Assembly: GCA_964016885.1 (NCBI GenBank)
Contig: OZ024748.1
Span: forward strand, 27,156,001-27,220,000
Source: Eledone cirrhosa
Lineage: Eukaryota
Direction of reading: 5' to 3'
Length of the DNA stretch: 64,000 bases
This document shows, piece after piece, positions 24,001-36,949 of the stretch. Position 1 is the first letter of the stretch. Each line of letters starts with the position of its first letter. The notes beneath the pieces were generated by a model, which made no database searches, was not told the DNA's origin, and saw only the letters and a program-made list of their open reading frames with translations. A program made the translations under genes and the position numbers.

Positions 24001-26746
24001 TCGGATTAGTACGTTAGTTAAGGAACGGTTGACTGGAGCGATCGTCAACAGCAGGTGGTGGGTATCTCTAAAGAGAGAGATTAGAGTAGTCTCGATAGAA
24101 TTTAGTAAGGTTCTAGCTGCGGATAGGAATAGGAAGGAAAGGGAGCTAATAGATAGAGTAGAAGCGGCGACGTGGCCAGAGTGCTAGCGTCGAGAACGGC
24201 TTTGAGCCAGTTTTTCGACGCGAAGCACGAAGGCTGCGTTGTCCGAAGTAAAATACGTGCTCTAGGGAACGAGGGGACCAAAGCTGTTAGCTGGGCCCGT
24301 GTGACAGAGGCCAACAGTGGAACTAAATCCACCATCCGGTCTTTGCGAGACCAGGATGGACGGGCGATTCTTGAGCCTAAGCAGATGTGTGAGGCCTTTC
24401 AAAGGCACTTTGCCCGACTGTTCGGAAGGGGCGGGGAGCCGGTTGGGGATGTGGACTTCAGTCCATACCTCGACGGCCTGCCGCGTCTCTCGGACAGGGA
24501 GGCGAAGTCCTGCGAGGAGCCGATTTCGGCCGCTGAGATAGAGGACGTGCTGAACCAATGCGGCAAACGCAAATCCCCGGGTCTCGATGGTCTTCCATAC
24601 GAATTATATCTAGCTATGCCGGACTTGTTCCCCGATCTCCTCGAGGCGGTCTACTGCAACTGGCAACAGAACGGGAGAATTCCCTGTACTGTGACCAAGG
24701 GCGTAGTCACGCTAGTGAGGAAGGACGAGAACAAGGGGGACGAAATAAGTAACTTCAGGCCCATAACTCTGCTAAATACAGAGTTACAGATTTTGGCCAA
24801 GGTGCTAGCAAAGAGGTTGGCGCTTGTCGTGGGTAACCTGGTGGGAGATGCGCAGACATGCGCTATCCCGTCCAGGTCCATCCATGACAACCTCCACCTC
24901 ATGCGATACATCATAGAGAGGGTTGGGAACGAACCTGGCTTTGGTGGGGTTCTGATCAACTTGGATCAATCTAAGGCGTTCGATAGGGTCGACCATGGTT
25001 ACCTGGATGCGGTGCTAGCGGCGGCAGGCTTCGGACCCGTTTTCAGGGGCTGGATCACTGCTATGCACAGCAGCCGCATCTGCTCTAGGGTCAAGGTGAA
25101 CGGCTACCTCTCGGAGCCGTTCAAAATCGCGCGGTCCATCCGACAAGAGTGCCCTCTCTCCTCCCTTGACGACGTGACAGTAATGGTGTCGAGCGCCTCG
25201 CAAATCGAGGAAGTCGGCACCTTACTGAAGGAATACGAAAGTTTCACAGGAGCGAAGCTGAACCGGGACAAGTCCATCGGTTTGCAACTCGGATCGTGGA
25301 GAGGCAAACCGATGCCTTCCGATGGCGTCGTCGGACGCTGGACGGAAGGACCGGTAAGGCTGCTCGGGGTCTGGTTTGGTCCGGACCTCCAGGTGGAGAA
25401 GAACTGGAACGAAGTGACGGCCAAGGTGTTTGCACTCACCCAGAAGTGGGTCGAGCGGAGGTGGCGAACACTTTTATAGCGTCCGCCATCTACTACCGCT
25501 TGACCGTCGTGCCTTGTCCAGCCAAAACGCTCGCCAAAATGGAACGCGCGCTCTTCCAATTCCTTTGGAAGAGGCGGGCTCCTTTGGTGAGAAGATCCAT
25601 CTGCTGCCAACACCCTTCTAACGGAGGGCTGGGGATGCCGTGGTTGACGATGCGCAAACACGCGCTCAGGCTGCGGCATCTCTACGTATTCCTCACCGGA
25701 CAACCGGTGTGGGCCCCGTTCGTGAGGCGAGCCTTCCCACGACTCGTCTCGCTGACCGAGCTGCAGTTCTGGGTCAAGCAAAGACCGAGGAAAATGGGCG
25801 ACTGGCACATCGAATGTGCTCAGGCGCTCACAGCCCTCTGGCAGGCGGACCCGGCGATCAGTGGAGACTCCACTTCGTCATTCTATAGAGGGTTGATCCG
25901 CAGCAAGTGCGACGACGCGCTCGGTGAAACTCTAGGCGTAGAGGAAGATGAACTGGTCAGTCTGTTCGGTAGGACCTTCCGGTCGGGACCGATGGACAAC
26001 TTCCAAAAGTCCCTGGCCTGGCAGTGCTACCGAGGAGCTCTACCAGTTCGAGACAAGCTCTACAGACATGGGCGCCCGGGCAGGGACCCTGCAAAAAAGA
26101 TCTGTCCGAGGTGCGTGCGAGACGAAGAAACCGTCGCGCACGCATTCATACACTGCCCGGGCGTCACTGACCTGTGGGGCTATGTAGAACGACTATTGTC
26201 GCGGGTGGGACCAATCCGGTTGACCACCGAGTTCATTGTCATGATCAAACCGCCACCCTCCTTCAAAAACGAAGGAGAGGCGGTTTTCATTTGTGTGATA
26301 GCTATGGCGAAAGAGGTTGTATGGTGGAAAGGGCTGAGGTCAGACACCTTTCTCTCCGGCCAACAACTGATTCTTTTTTTCAAATACCACTTTGGAAGAA
26401 GAATCAGGATGGAGAGAGAGGTGCTGTACCCCAGCAAGTTTTATGAAAGGTGGGTGAAAGTGGCGAGAATGACCCGAGTGAATGGGCCTTCTCTCTATAT
26501 CAGCCTGTAGGTTGAGGAAAAGGAGGAGGAGAGGAAAGGAGTACAAACTCTTCGTACTCCTGGAGATGAGGGTTGCACATTTTTTCGGGGGTATGTGTTA
26601 CCCATATAAACTGTCTCCCTCTATTGGGGAAAATCGACTAACTTTTAAAATTGCATTTGTGATAACATTTTACACGTTTTTATTGTATGTAAACTTCCCC
26701 CTTTGTATTTGTCCCCTTCTTTTGTGCCCCTGTGGCTAATAAAGAA

Positions 26747-26748
<2 letters not shown>
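21059..26748 (+). mobile_element. Full-length degenerate Tx1/L1-clade LINE in (TATC)n
   Basis: ORF1 from ATG 21372 (CYLCGNRGHLRAAC, frameshifted). ORF2 from ~23219: LNARGL, GDWN, YLDRF, SDHK, WKLN, KSPGLDG, FRPITLLN, LDQSKAFD, CPRC..ETVAHAFIHC. AATAAA followed by (TATC)n. Confidence 0.92.
23195..26510 (+). pseudogene. Tx1 ORF2 (APE-RT-zinc finger), split over three frames
   Basis: ORFs 23195-24187, 24172-25479 and 25296-26510. The segment upstream of YADD (present in the 28458 copy) is deleted near 25165. Confidence 0.85.
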
Positions 26749-26811
<63 letters not shown>

Positions 26812-26841
26812 AATATATATATATCTATATATCTATCTATC

Positions 26842-26917
26842 GCTGGGATGGACACGTGTTAAACTTGCTCGGTAAGTTTTGTTTAAATTTCCTTAGAAAT
26901 TCGTCATTGTGAACTTT
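26842..26917 (+). mobile_element. Tx1 5'-leader-only fragment
   Basis: Near-identical to 21059-21132 and to the reverse complement of 20867-20942. Confidence 0.85.
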
Positions 26918-26954
26918 ATATATATATATAGAGAGAGAGATAGATAGATAGATC

Positions 26955-27035
<81 letters not shown>

Positions 27036-27052
27036 CTAGATAGATAGATATG

Positions 27053-28836
27053 TTTCTTTTATTTGCCACCAGGGCATCAAAAGTGGGACAAGTACAATGG
27101 GGGGAGTTTACACAAAAAGGCGTCCTCAATAAGGAGGAGGCAATAACAAAATATAAAAATAAAATAAAATATAACAAAAAATAAAATTTATAACAAAATC
27201 CTCAATAGAGAGGAGGCGCCTTGGGGGGTCGCACACACCCCCGAAAAAAGTGTGCAACCCTTCTCCTCAGGAGCACAGGGAGGGGGTGCTCCCTCGTTCC
27301 TTCCTCTTTAACCACCTACAGGCTTATGTAAAGAGAAGGCCCATTCACACGGGCCATTCTCGCCACTTTCACCCATCTTTCATAAAAACGACTGGGGTGG
27401 AGCACCTCTCTCTCCATCCTGATCCTTCTTCCGAAATGATATCGGAAGAAACGGACCAGTTGTTGGCCAGAGAGAAAGGTGCCTGACCTCAGTCCTTTCA
27501 GACGCGTCCACCATACAACTTCTTTCACCATGGCTATTACGCACAGAAACACCGCCTCTCCTTCATCTTTGAAGGGGGGAAGCGGCTTGATCATTACAAT
27601 AGACTCGGTGGTCAACCGGATCGGTCCCACCCTTGACAGCAGTTGTTCGACATAGCCCCACAGGTCGGCTACGCCCGAGCAGTGTACCAATGCGTGTGCA
27701 ACGGTTTCCTCGTCGTACACGCATCTGGGACAGATCTTTTTGGCGGGGTCCCTACCCGGGCGCCCGTGTCTGTAGAGCTTTTCTCGAACGGGTAGAGCCC
27801 CTCGGTAGCACTGCCAGGCCAGGGGCTGAATGTCCTACCGAACAGGCTGGCCAGTTCGTCCTCCTCCATGTCTAGGGCTTCTCCGAGGGCGTCGTCGCAC
27901 CTGCTGCGTACCAGCCCTCTATAGAATGTTGCGGTGGAGTCTCCACTGATAACCGGATCCGCCTGCCAGAGGGCGGTGAGCGCCTGGGCACACTCAGTGT
28001 GCCAGGCGCCCAGTTTTCTCGGTCTTTGCTTGACCCAGGATTTCAGCTCGGTGAGTGAGACGAGTCTGGGAAAGGTTCGTCTCACAAACGAGGCCCACAC
28101 CGGTTGACCGGTGAGGAATACGTGGAGGTGCCGTAGCCTTAATGCGTGTTTACGCATCATTAGCCACGGCATCCCCAGCCCTCCTTTCGAAGGGTGTTGA
28201 CAGCAGATGGATCTCCTCACCAAGGGAGCCCGCCTCTTCCAAAGGAATTGGAAGAGCGCGCGCTCCATCTTGGCGAGCGTTTCCCTTGGGCAAGGCACTA
28301 CGGCCAGGCGGTAGTAGATGACGGACGCTATATAGGTGTTCGCCACCTCCGCCCGACCTTTCAGGGATAGTTTGCAACTGGCCCACTTCTGGGTCAGTGC
28401 AAACACCCTGTTCGTAACCTCCGCCCAGTTCTTCTCCACCTGGAGGTCTGGTCCGAACTAGACCCCGAGCAACTTCACCGGGCCCTCCGTCCAGCGTCCG
28501 ACGACGCCATCGGAGGGCATCGGTCTGCCCCTCCACGTGCCGAGTTGCAAACCGAACGACTTGTCCCGGTTCAGCTTAGCCCCTGTGAACCTTTCGTACT
28601 CCTCCAGTAAGGTGCCGACCGCTCCGATTTCGGAGGCCGTCGACACCATTACTGTCACGTCATCGGCGTAGGCCGACACCGCTTTCCGCAATCCCGGTTC
28701 CAAAGGGATGCTCTGCAACAACTCCAACTTCCGCAGTAGTGGCTCGAGAGTCAACACATACAGAAGGGAGGAGAGAGGGTACCCTTGTCGGATGGACCGC
28801 GCGATTTTGAACGGCTCCGAGAGGTAGCCGTTCACT
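27053..28836 (-). mobile_element. 5'-truncated Tx1 copy (RT C-half + zinc finger + 3' UTR)
   Basis: IRQGYPLS, AYADDV, KGGLGMP, EETVAHALVHC. (GATA)n on both sides. Confidence 0.9.
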
Positions 28837-28920
28837 TTATAGATCGAGATAGATATAGATCGATATAGATAGATAGATAGATAGATCGAGATAGATATAG
28901 ATGTAGATATAGATAGATAG

Positions 28921-28956
<36 letters not shown>

Positions 28957-29127
28957 TAATAAAACAATGAATAAACAAAGAAACAGTTCCTTATATTAAA
29001 AAAAATCATCATTTTACGATCGTTTCTAGGATATATATGTTAGTGTTGGTATGTATATCCTATAAATCTATGTAAAATTTTTACAAACTATCAGAGGGAA
29101 TATACATACCTACACATATATATGCTG

Positions 29128-29585
29128 TCTTCAGAAATAATGATATTTGTTTATTGAAAAAACCAACAAAGATTTAATACAATAGGTCTGTTTGGGAACA
29201 GGTTTTGAATTGACCAATAGAAAGATAGTGAAGGTCAAGATAGTTATATAGTAGTAAAAGAACCTTAATTTATGGGTAGAGGATGGTAGATTTCAGTTTT
29301 GGATGGAAAGAATATTATGAATGAAAGATTATTTTAGGGATGAGAATAGCTCATATGCTGACCTCAGAAATAATTATATTTGTTCATTGAATAAAACCAA
29401 CAAAGATTTAATATAGTAGGTTTGTTTGGGAACAGGTTTTGAATTAACCAATAGAAAGGTAATAATTGGCCAAATGGTAAAATAGTAGTAATTGAAATTT
29501 ATTTTGGGGTAGAAGAAGGCAGATTTCAGTTTTGAATGGAAGGTGTATGAAGAATGAAAAGTTTATTTTAGGGGTGAAAATAGGT
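29128..29585. repeat. Diverged tandem duplication, ~235-bp period
   Basis: TCAGAAATAAT..CCAACAAAGATTTAATA..GTTTGGGAACAGGTTTTGAATT..AGATTTCAGTTTTG occurs twice. Confidence 0.75.
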
Positions 29586-29854
29586 CAGGTCAGTAAAAGG
29601 TAACACGAAAAGTTGTTGTTATAAAAGAATAATGCCAATGTAAATATCTAAGGAGACTAAAATTTTACGATAAAAGTGTTAGTGAAAAAAATATATATGG
29701 AATTTACATCTATGAAAATAAAATAAATTAATTTAATTGATGGGTATATTTATATTGATAAAATTATATTAATGCATATAGATATGATAAATAAGAGTTA
29801 GATGTAATTGAAGAGTGCTGTTAAAGACGAGGGGAAATTAAAAAAATATAAAAA

Positions 29855-29891
<37 letters not shown>

Positions 29892-29994
29892 TTGGGGGGG
29901 GGGGGTTAAATTTATTAGTGAGAAATAATAAATATATAGAGATTTCAAGGAACGCAGAATCATAACCTGAAATTAAAACATTATATATGTTTAC

Positions 29995-30112
29995 TGAGTT
30001 CAAATCCCGCCGAGGTTGACTTTGCCTTTCATCCTTACGGGGTCGATAAAATAAAGTACCAGTAATGCACTGGGTAATTTGCTGGCCTTGTTCCTAAAGT
30101 AGAAACAATTAT
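29995..30112 (+). mobile_element. tRNA-derived SINE fragment, family S1
   Basis: B-box GAGTTCAAATCC followed by core TTGCCTTTCATCCTTACGGGGTCGATAAAATAAAGTACCAGT, which recurs about 11 times in the window. Confidence 0.8.
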
Positions 30113-30346
30113 ATATGTTTACTTAATGGTATCAATTTTAGGAAAAGATAGTTGTAAGAAGGAAAGTAAAATTATGTAGTTCATCAGTAGTAGAATATTA
30201 ATTATAGGTTAACTAAATTAAAAATAGTTTTTATATTAATTTCTAAAATGTATATTAATTAGGTTTATAATATTTAAAGGTTTTTCTCAGTTTATGATTA
30301 CACGATAACGGATTGGACACTACCGTACATTTTGCTAGATTTATCT

Positions 30347-30384
<38 letters not shown>

Positions 30385-30655
30385 GTCTAAAGTCTGTCTC
30401 GAGCCCTGAGGCTCATCAGGCCGCTGCTTATCTCAGTTTCCATGGCATGAAGCGACTGAGAGTACAATACATCCCTCTGGACAGAATACCAGTCTATCGC
30501 AGGGTTAAACCCCCAGCTATTGCTGGTACTCATTTTCAGCTAAGTTTACTGGAATGAGGTATTTTGCTCAAGAACACATGTAACTTAGCCCGGGGATCGA
30601 ACCCACGTCATTATGATCGTCAGTCCAACACCCTTACCACTAGGCCACGCGCCTC

Positions 30656-30657
<2 letters not shown>
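30385..30657 (-). mobile_element. tRNA-derived SINE, family S2 (CORE-like)
   Basis: Minus strand GGAGGCGCGTGGCCTAGTGG (A box)..GGTTCGATCCCC (B box)..TTCTTGAGCAA. Confidence 0.8.
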
Positions 30658-30686
<29 letters not shown>

Positions 30687-31155
30687 ATATTGTTATACTT
30701 TGGGAGGGTCACGCTGCCAATAAAAACACATGTACCTGTTAGTTTTCACTTCAGTTTATTATAAATTTCTGGTTGGCTGGTTGGTTAGTTTGTTCGATAA
30801 CCAGATGGTTGTTTATATATTGTCAAACCTCTTTCGTCACACATTCTGTGATCTCCTCAGTGACTGGGTTTTTATTTTTGTGTCTCTCCTTTGTTCTGTC
30901 CTACACCATCTTGTTTAAAAACCTAGTCACTGAGGAGGTCACAGAATGTGTGACGAAAGAGCTTTGACAATATATAAACAACCATATGGTTATCGAACCA
31001 ACCAACCAACCAACCAGCCAGAAGCTTATAATAAATTGAAGTGAAAACCAGCTGGTGCGTGTGTTTCTTATTGGCAGCATGACCCTCCCAAAGTATAACA
31101 ATATCTGTTTCAACACACGTTTCCAGATAAGAAATCCTGCAAAACTAATTAAAAA
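30687..31155. mobile_element. Family-3 PLE pLTR fold-back with hammerheads at 30822-30864 (-) and 30926-30968 (+)
   Basis: Inverted arms match 15358-15615 and 16315-16521. GTCA-CTGAGGA..GAAAGAGCTT-TGAC. Tail 31105-31155 matches the reverse complement of 15305-15357. Confidence 0.82.
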
Positions 31156-31159
31156 CGAT

Positions 31160-31212
<53 letters not shown>

Positions 31213-31217
31213 AATAT

Positions 31218-31671
31218 ATCATCATCATCATCGTTAACGTCCATCTTCCATGCTAGCATGGGTTAGACGGTTTTGTTCCATTTGATGTGGGAATGGTCGG
31301 TAGACCGTGTCTCGCTCGCACGGAAGTGTCTCTGGCAGGTTTTTTTAACGGCTGGATGCCTTTCCGAACACCAACCACATTTACAGTGTGGACTGGGAGC
31401 CTTAATACCATGTCTCCTACACAACCACCTTACAGTGTGGACTGTTGTGTCATCGACACAGTGGACGGAAAGGGAGGATAGGGTGGTGTGGGGTGGGGGT
31501 GTACATTTGGGTTAAGAGGTGCCTACTGACTGTAGGTTTGTATGCAATGGCAGGTGGGTCTTCTGTACAACTGCATGGCGCCAAAGGTCTCAATCCAGTG
31601 TCATTGTCTTAGAGAGGTGTAAGTGAGCAAGGTCAGTTCTTATCACCTCGTCCTAGGTTTTTCTTGGTCTA

Positions 31672-31672
<1 letters not shown>
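31218..31672 (-). mobile_element. RTE 3' end (ORF C-terminus + UTR)
   Basis: Encodes RPRKPRTR..HLSKTMTLD. UTR motifs as in the other RTE copies. Confidence 0.82.
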
Positions 31673-31705
<33 letters not shown>

Positions 31706-32525
31706 GGAAAATTTGAACAGGAACAAAACAGAGAGGCAGTACAACGAATGTTTATTAATTTCACGCTCTGGAGAGTGGGGTGGTGGTGGGGAACGACGTT
31801 TCGGGCATAAGCCCTTCTTCAGGTGAAAAGTGTGTGGGAAGAGAGTTCAAAGGGTGTGTAGGGCAGTGGTGGAGAGACATATAGCGAAAAGGGGGTGGGA
31901 GGAAACGGTGCGAATGAAATTAAAAATAAAAGCATGATCAAAATAAAATAAAATTAAAATGGGGTAAAACAGGTGGTGGAAGGGTGTGGGGTGTGTAGGG
32001 GTGGTGGCGGGTGGAGTGGGGAGAGGGAGACGGGGTGTCCGAGCGGGGAGGGCTAAAGGTGGTGTGTGTGTATATATATATATATATATATTTATACACA
32101 CACACAAATGATGATGACCATCATCATTTAACATCCATTTCCCCCTGCTAGCAAGAGCTGGATGAGTTAGTACTGAAGTGGGGCTACTGACCTCTCAGAT
32201 GGGCCTGGCGTCCATATCTTTCTTATATATGACCCACTGAGTATTTATTTTATCATAACACAAGAATTAGGGAGGGTCTCATGTTTTTGAAAAAAACTGA
32301 AGAGCACCTGTGTGTGTGTGTGTCTAAGTATATGTTTACATTTGTTTGTGTTTGCCTCATGTAACTTAGCAGTTGGATAAAATACGTTATTGAATGTAAA
32401 CATGACACACACCAAAATATATATTAATATTCATAATGTGGGCTTCCACAGAGTCTCTGCCTACCAAATTTCATTCACAATGCATCTGTTAACTCAAGAA
32501 TATAATAGAAGACACTTGCTTTATC

Positions 32526-32726
32526 CCTTTAGCATTACTCTATATCTATTATTGTATTTTTGTGGTAAAGGCTTTATCTCACATAATATCGAATCTATGA
32601 GATTTTGATGTTATTTATTTTGAGAACAATACGTTAACATCAGTATGAGTGGCCAGTTACAGCCAGTTTGAACAGAAAGAGGGGAGAGAATTCTGGCCGG
32701 ATACGGCCAGTTTAAATGCTAAAGGG
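32526..32726. mobile_element. piggyBac-like MITE
   Basis: Inverted termini CCCTTTAGCATT / AATGCTAAAGGG with degenerate TTAA-like flanks. Confidence 0.6.
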
Positions 32727-32769
32727 TTATGGTGACAACCATACACACCTTAGACAAACATACATATAT

Positions 32770-32952
32770 AATTGTTTCTACTTTTGGCACAAGGCCAGCA
32801 ATTACTCCAGTGCATTACTGGTACTTTATTTTATCGATCCCGTAAGGATGAAAGGCAAAGTTAACCTCGGCGGGATTTGAACTCAGAATGGCAAGGGCCG
32901 TAACTCTATGCGTCAAAGCATGGCGTCCGACCCTCTACCGATACTGCCAATC
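32770..32952 (-). mobile_element. SINE family S1
   Basis: Reverse complement of the S1 head and core. Confidence 0.8.
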
Positions 32953-33224
32953 CACCATAATGTACACTAAAAGTATGTACATTTATACATGTGTGTGTAG
33001 GTACATGTGTATGTATGTACATATGTATGCATGTATGTATATATCTAGCTTACTTTCTATCTATTTATCTTACTATCTATCTGTCTGTCTAGCTAGCTAA
33101 ACCACCCATCAAGTGGCAAATAAAGAAATATATCTATCTTACTGTCTGTCTAGCTAGCTAACCTACCCATCTAGCTACCTACTTGTCTACCAATCTATAT
33201 GTCTACCTATCTACCTTTTCGTTA

Positions 33225-33906
33225 TATTTTATATTTTATATTTTTATATTTTGTTATTGCCTCCTCCTTATTGAGGACGCTTTTTATGTAAACTCCCCCC
33301 ATTGTACTTGTCCCACTCTTTGATGCCCTGGTGGCAAATAAAAAGAAAGTTATCTACCTCTCTATCTATCTGTCTGTCTATAGATTTTTCTATGTTTGTT
33401 TGTGTCTGTCTACTTGTGTCTGTCTACTTGCATGCCTGTCTGCCTGCCAGCCTGTATGTATCTATTTATCTATCTACCTTTCTATCTATCCCCCTCTGTC
33501 TATTTAGCTAGCAATCCTTATTTTTTCATTTATATAAATATCTATTTGTTTACTTATTCACTGACTTCTTTAAAACAATTTTCCTAATTTGGGAGGTGTT
33601 GAACTCATCTGTCAAAAAGCAAATTGTGGAAACTCACTTTAATAATGCTTTTTAATTCTGTCATATCATAAACAAAACTATTGTTCCCTTTCCTTCTCTG
33701 TCTGTCTCTTTGCATGTCTGTCTGACTGGTTGGCTGCCCACCCTGACTGTAACGCCTCCCCCCTATTGGGGAATTTGATTGTTGAATTTGTTTGTTTCAA
33801 TATTTTTACACGACTCTCTGTAAAATCCCCGGCATATGTCCTTGTATTGTCCCCTTTTCTTGTGTGCCCTTGTGGCAAATTGTGCACCCTTGTGGCAAAT
33901 AAAGAA

Positions 33907-33960
<54 letters not shown>
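33225..33960 (+). mobile_element. Tx1 3'-UTR fragments (33225-33345, 33745-33907) in (TATC)n-rich DNA
   Basis: 33250-33342 is the reverse complement of 27058-27150. 33750-33907 resembles 26615-26748 and is followed by (TATC)n. Confidence 0.8.
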
Positions 33961-33961
<1 letters not shown>

Positions 33962-34002
33962 CAGCCGTCTGTACACACACATATATATATCATATATATA
34001 TA

Positions 34003-34905
34003 CTAGCCGAGTAACCCGTTGTTGCCGGGCAATAATCACAATAGTATCCCTTAATTTCAATTTTTTTAAAATTTCATGTCAGATCATATCTTCTCTGAAG
34101 GATAGTCCACTTGATGAGGACGGATTTCTTTATTAATTGGGTCAATTTATAATGTTTGTATAAGCAATGTTTGTTGTTTTTCCATCTGGTGCATAGATGT
34201 AAAGATTTGTCTGACTACCTACTCTTGAACATCCAACGTAAAGCTGACCATTGGTGAAGCAGGGCTCTTCGATGTGTAAACCAGCAACCAAAAATGTTTG
34301 TCCGTATGATTTGTTGATGGTCATGGCAAAACAAATTGAAGTTGTTGGGAATAAAAGGAATTCTTGGAAAGAATACATCCTCTCCTCTACCACATCTTAT
34401 TGAAATAGTGGCTTGAATCACGTGTGGATACATATTTTTCACAACCAATCGAGTGCCGTTACATAGCCTTGGTGGGTCCAAATTCCTCAATGACATGATG
34501 GGTGCTCATTCTTTAAGGTAAAGGACATGTGGAGGCATGATCGGTAGAGCTTTGAAACCTTTGGAATTCTTTTTAACAGCTCTTGATTTATCATTGAGCC
34601 ACTTGTGACTTGCAGACTGATATTCAAGATTAGGAAACACTTTTTCTATGAGATGGAATAATGATTCCACCATTGTGTCTATGGGACGTATATAAATAGC
34701 TCCCTTTATATCTACAGGAAGTCTTCCGTCCCCAAGCATCAATAGATTCTGGACGAACTGCTCTGATTGTTTGTCTCTACTAAGATATGTCCTCATGTTT
34801 GTAGTGGGCTTCAAAACTTTGAAGTCCAAAGTATCGATTTCATTCAAAGAAGCTCAGATTTGATCAATCGTATTACCTTTTGGAATGACGGAGAGTTTGT
34901 CTAAA
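34003..34905 (-). mobile_element. Helitron 3' remnant (PIF1-type helicase fragments)
   Basis: LRNLDPPRLCNGTRL, FAMTINKSYGQT, FTNGQLYVGCSRV, TNMR. Terminal CCCG/CGGG hairpin followed by CTAG|T. Confidence 0.9.
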
Positions 34906-34909
34906 ATCT

Positions 34910-35367
34910 CTTACTACTACTACTACTACTGCTGCTGCTACCACCACCACCACCATTACTACTATCACCGCCACTCCTATTACTACCACCACTACTACTA
35001 CCAACACAACTACTACCCCCCCCTACTACTACTACTACTACTACCAGCACAACTACTACCCCCCCCTACTACTACTACTACTACCAGCACAACTACTACC
35101 CCCCCTACTACTACCCCCCCTACTACTACTACTACCAGCACAACTACTAATACTACTACTACTACCAGCACAACTACTAATACTACTACACAATTACTAC
35201 CACTACATTGATGACAACAATGACTACTACTTCTGCTGCTGCTACTACTATTACTGCTGCTGCTGCTACTACTACTACTACTACCACCACAACAACAACC
35301 ACTATGCTACTACCCCTACCACCACCACCATTACCGCTACTGCTACTACCCCCCCCCCACCACCATA
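34910..35367. repeat. (CTA/CCA/CTG)n trinucleotide low-complexity tract
   Basis: Direct reading. Confidence 0.9.
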
Positions 35368-35562
35368 GAAGATATAGAAAGAGTGAGAGAGTGTGGTAAA
35401 TATATATACAAAGGGGAAAACGTAAAATACAGAGAGATATTTTGAAAAGCTTAAAATACACAGAAAGACAGACAGATATGTATATAGAGAGGTATTCTAT
35501 ATTGGCGATTTAAAGTTGATTTATATCTCATAACAATTAGACTTTTTGATAGCTAACAATCT

Positions 35563-36155
35563 TAACTCAGCTATTTCAGATCACATTAAAATCAATATAC
35601 TGATTGTGGACTTAGTAAGGAACATGTCTCATATGTGCAACCCTAAAGAATTAGAGAGACACGTACAACACCACATGCAGTTCTCTGGCTACGATCAGAG
35701 AGACAAGATCGGGGTATATAAAGGAGCCAGGACCAAATGGGCAAAGATTGTAAGAAAATGAGGCAAATGGGACTTGCCCCATGTATAGGAGCAAATTTTG
35801 GAACAGAATAGAAAGGATTAAGAAAAAGGCAAATAAAATAAACTCATGGTATGATAGCAATAAATACCAGAGTGTAATCTTTGTAAATACAACCTCTAGA
35901 GGCGAACTAGCTTACAGATTTAGAAGGGCCCTAGATAAGCTCAAATTAAATATTAAGATAGTTGAAAGACGAGGTATTCCCATAAAAACCCTAATTAGTT
36001 AAACATACCCATTTCAAAGATCCCCCTGTGCTGATAGGAAATGCATAGTCTGCAAGCTAAGCCAGCAAACTAACTGCAAAACTAGGAACATAGTATATAG
36101 CATAAGATGTACTGAGGGACAATGTAGGAATAAGAATATGACATACATAGGTGTA
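35563..36155 (+). mobile_element. Degenerate Neptune-like PLE fragment
   Basis: NSAIS..INILIVDLVRN, MQFSGYDQRD, YRSKFWNR, CADRKCIVC, IVYSIRC..YIG. Homologous to 18437-19325. Confidence 0.85.
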
Positions 36156-36504
36156 TAGAAAGGATGAGAAGTTAAATGTTACCTATATCTCTTTATAACT
36201 GTAAGTTAAAATCTTCTAAGGGTCTTGTTTTTTTACAAACAATATAAGAGAAATACCTTAGTCAATGAGTTGGTTGCTTCTTATTGGTAATGACATGCTT
36301 CTGACTTCCAGGATATAAATAAATATCTCTTTAACGCTCAATCCTCTATAAATATAATTTTTATTGTCGAAAGGAATATAGTAGGAGTCATTCTGTAATA
36401 ATTCTTCACACTTCCGTAGTCATCTCTTTGTCTGCCTTGTACTGTGGTTTTTCACCAGAGAGAGAGAGTGACCATGTATTCATATGTGATTTACCATTGG
36501 TCAG

Positions 36505-36945
36505 TTTAACCTTATTGAGAAAAACCCCTTGTGGCCAACAGCGGTATTAGCTCTCTGAACTTTTTCCATCCCGTTCTAACTCTGAATACTGTACTCTCAG
36601 AACACCCTCCTCCACTGCTGATTTTATTACCCAGGTAACAGAAAGTGTCTACTATTTCTATAGAACCATCTGGGCAGTTGAAGGAGATAGCATCTAGTGG
36701 GTCCTTGCTACTTACTGCACCTGAGCATCAGCCACATATAAAATCTTCATTCTTAGATAGCTTACCTGTGATCCCACTACATCTCTTAAGTACCCATAGT
36801 TTTTATTTGGGGCATAGAATGGAATTTCTACCTACTCCTTTCTTACACACTGAGCATGGCCATTTCCCAAAGGGCATCTGTGCCCTTTTCTCCTTTCTAC
36901 ATACTAGAACTTTAGTCTTAGACAAGTTAACTTAAAGGCCTTTTG
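36505..36945 (-). mobile_element. RTE internal fragment
   Basis: Reverse complement of ~1950-2375 (CSVCKKGVGRNSILC, VRTGWKKFREL). Confidence 0.85.
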
Positions 36946-36949
36946 ATTC

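Noticed and set aside
30590-30657. tRNA gene (also 50302-50375 and 38515-38600)
   Set aside because: A and B boxes are present, but there is no complete cloverleaf and each continues into a SINE body.
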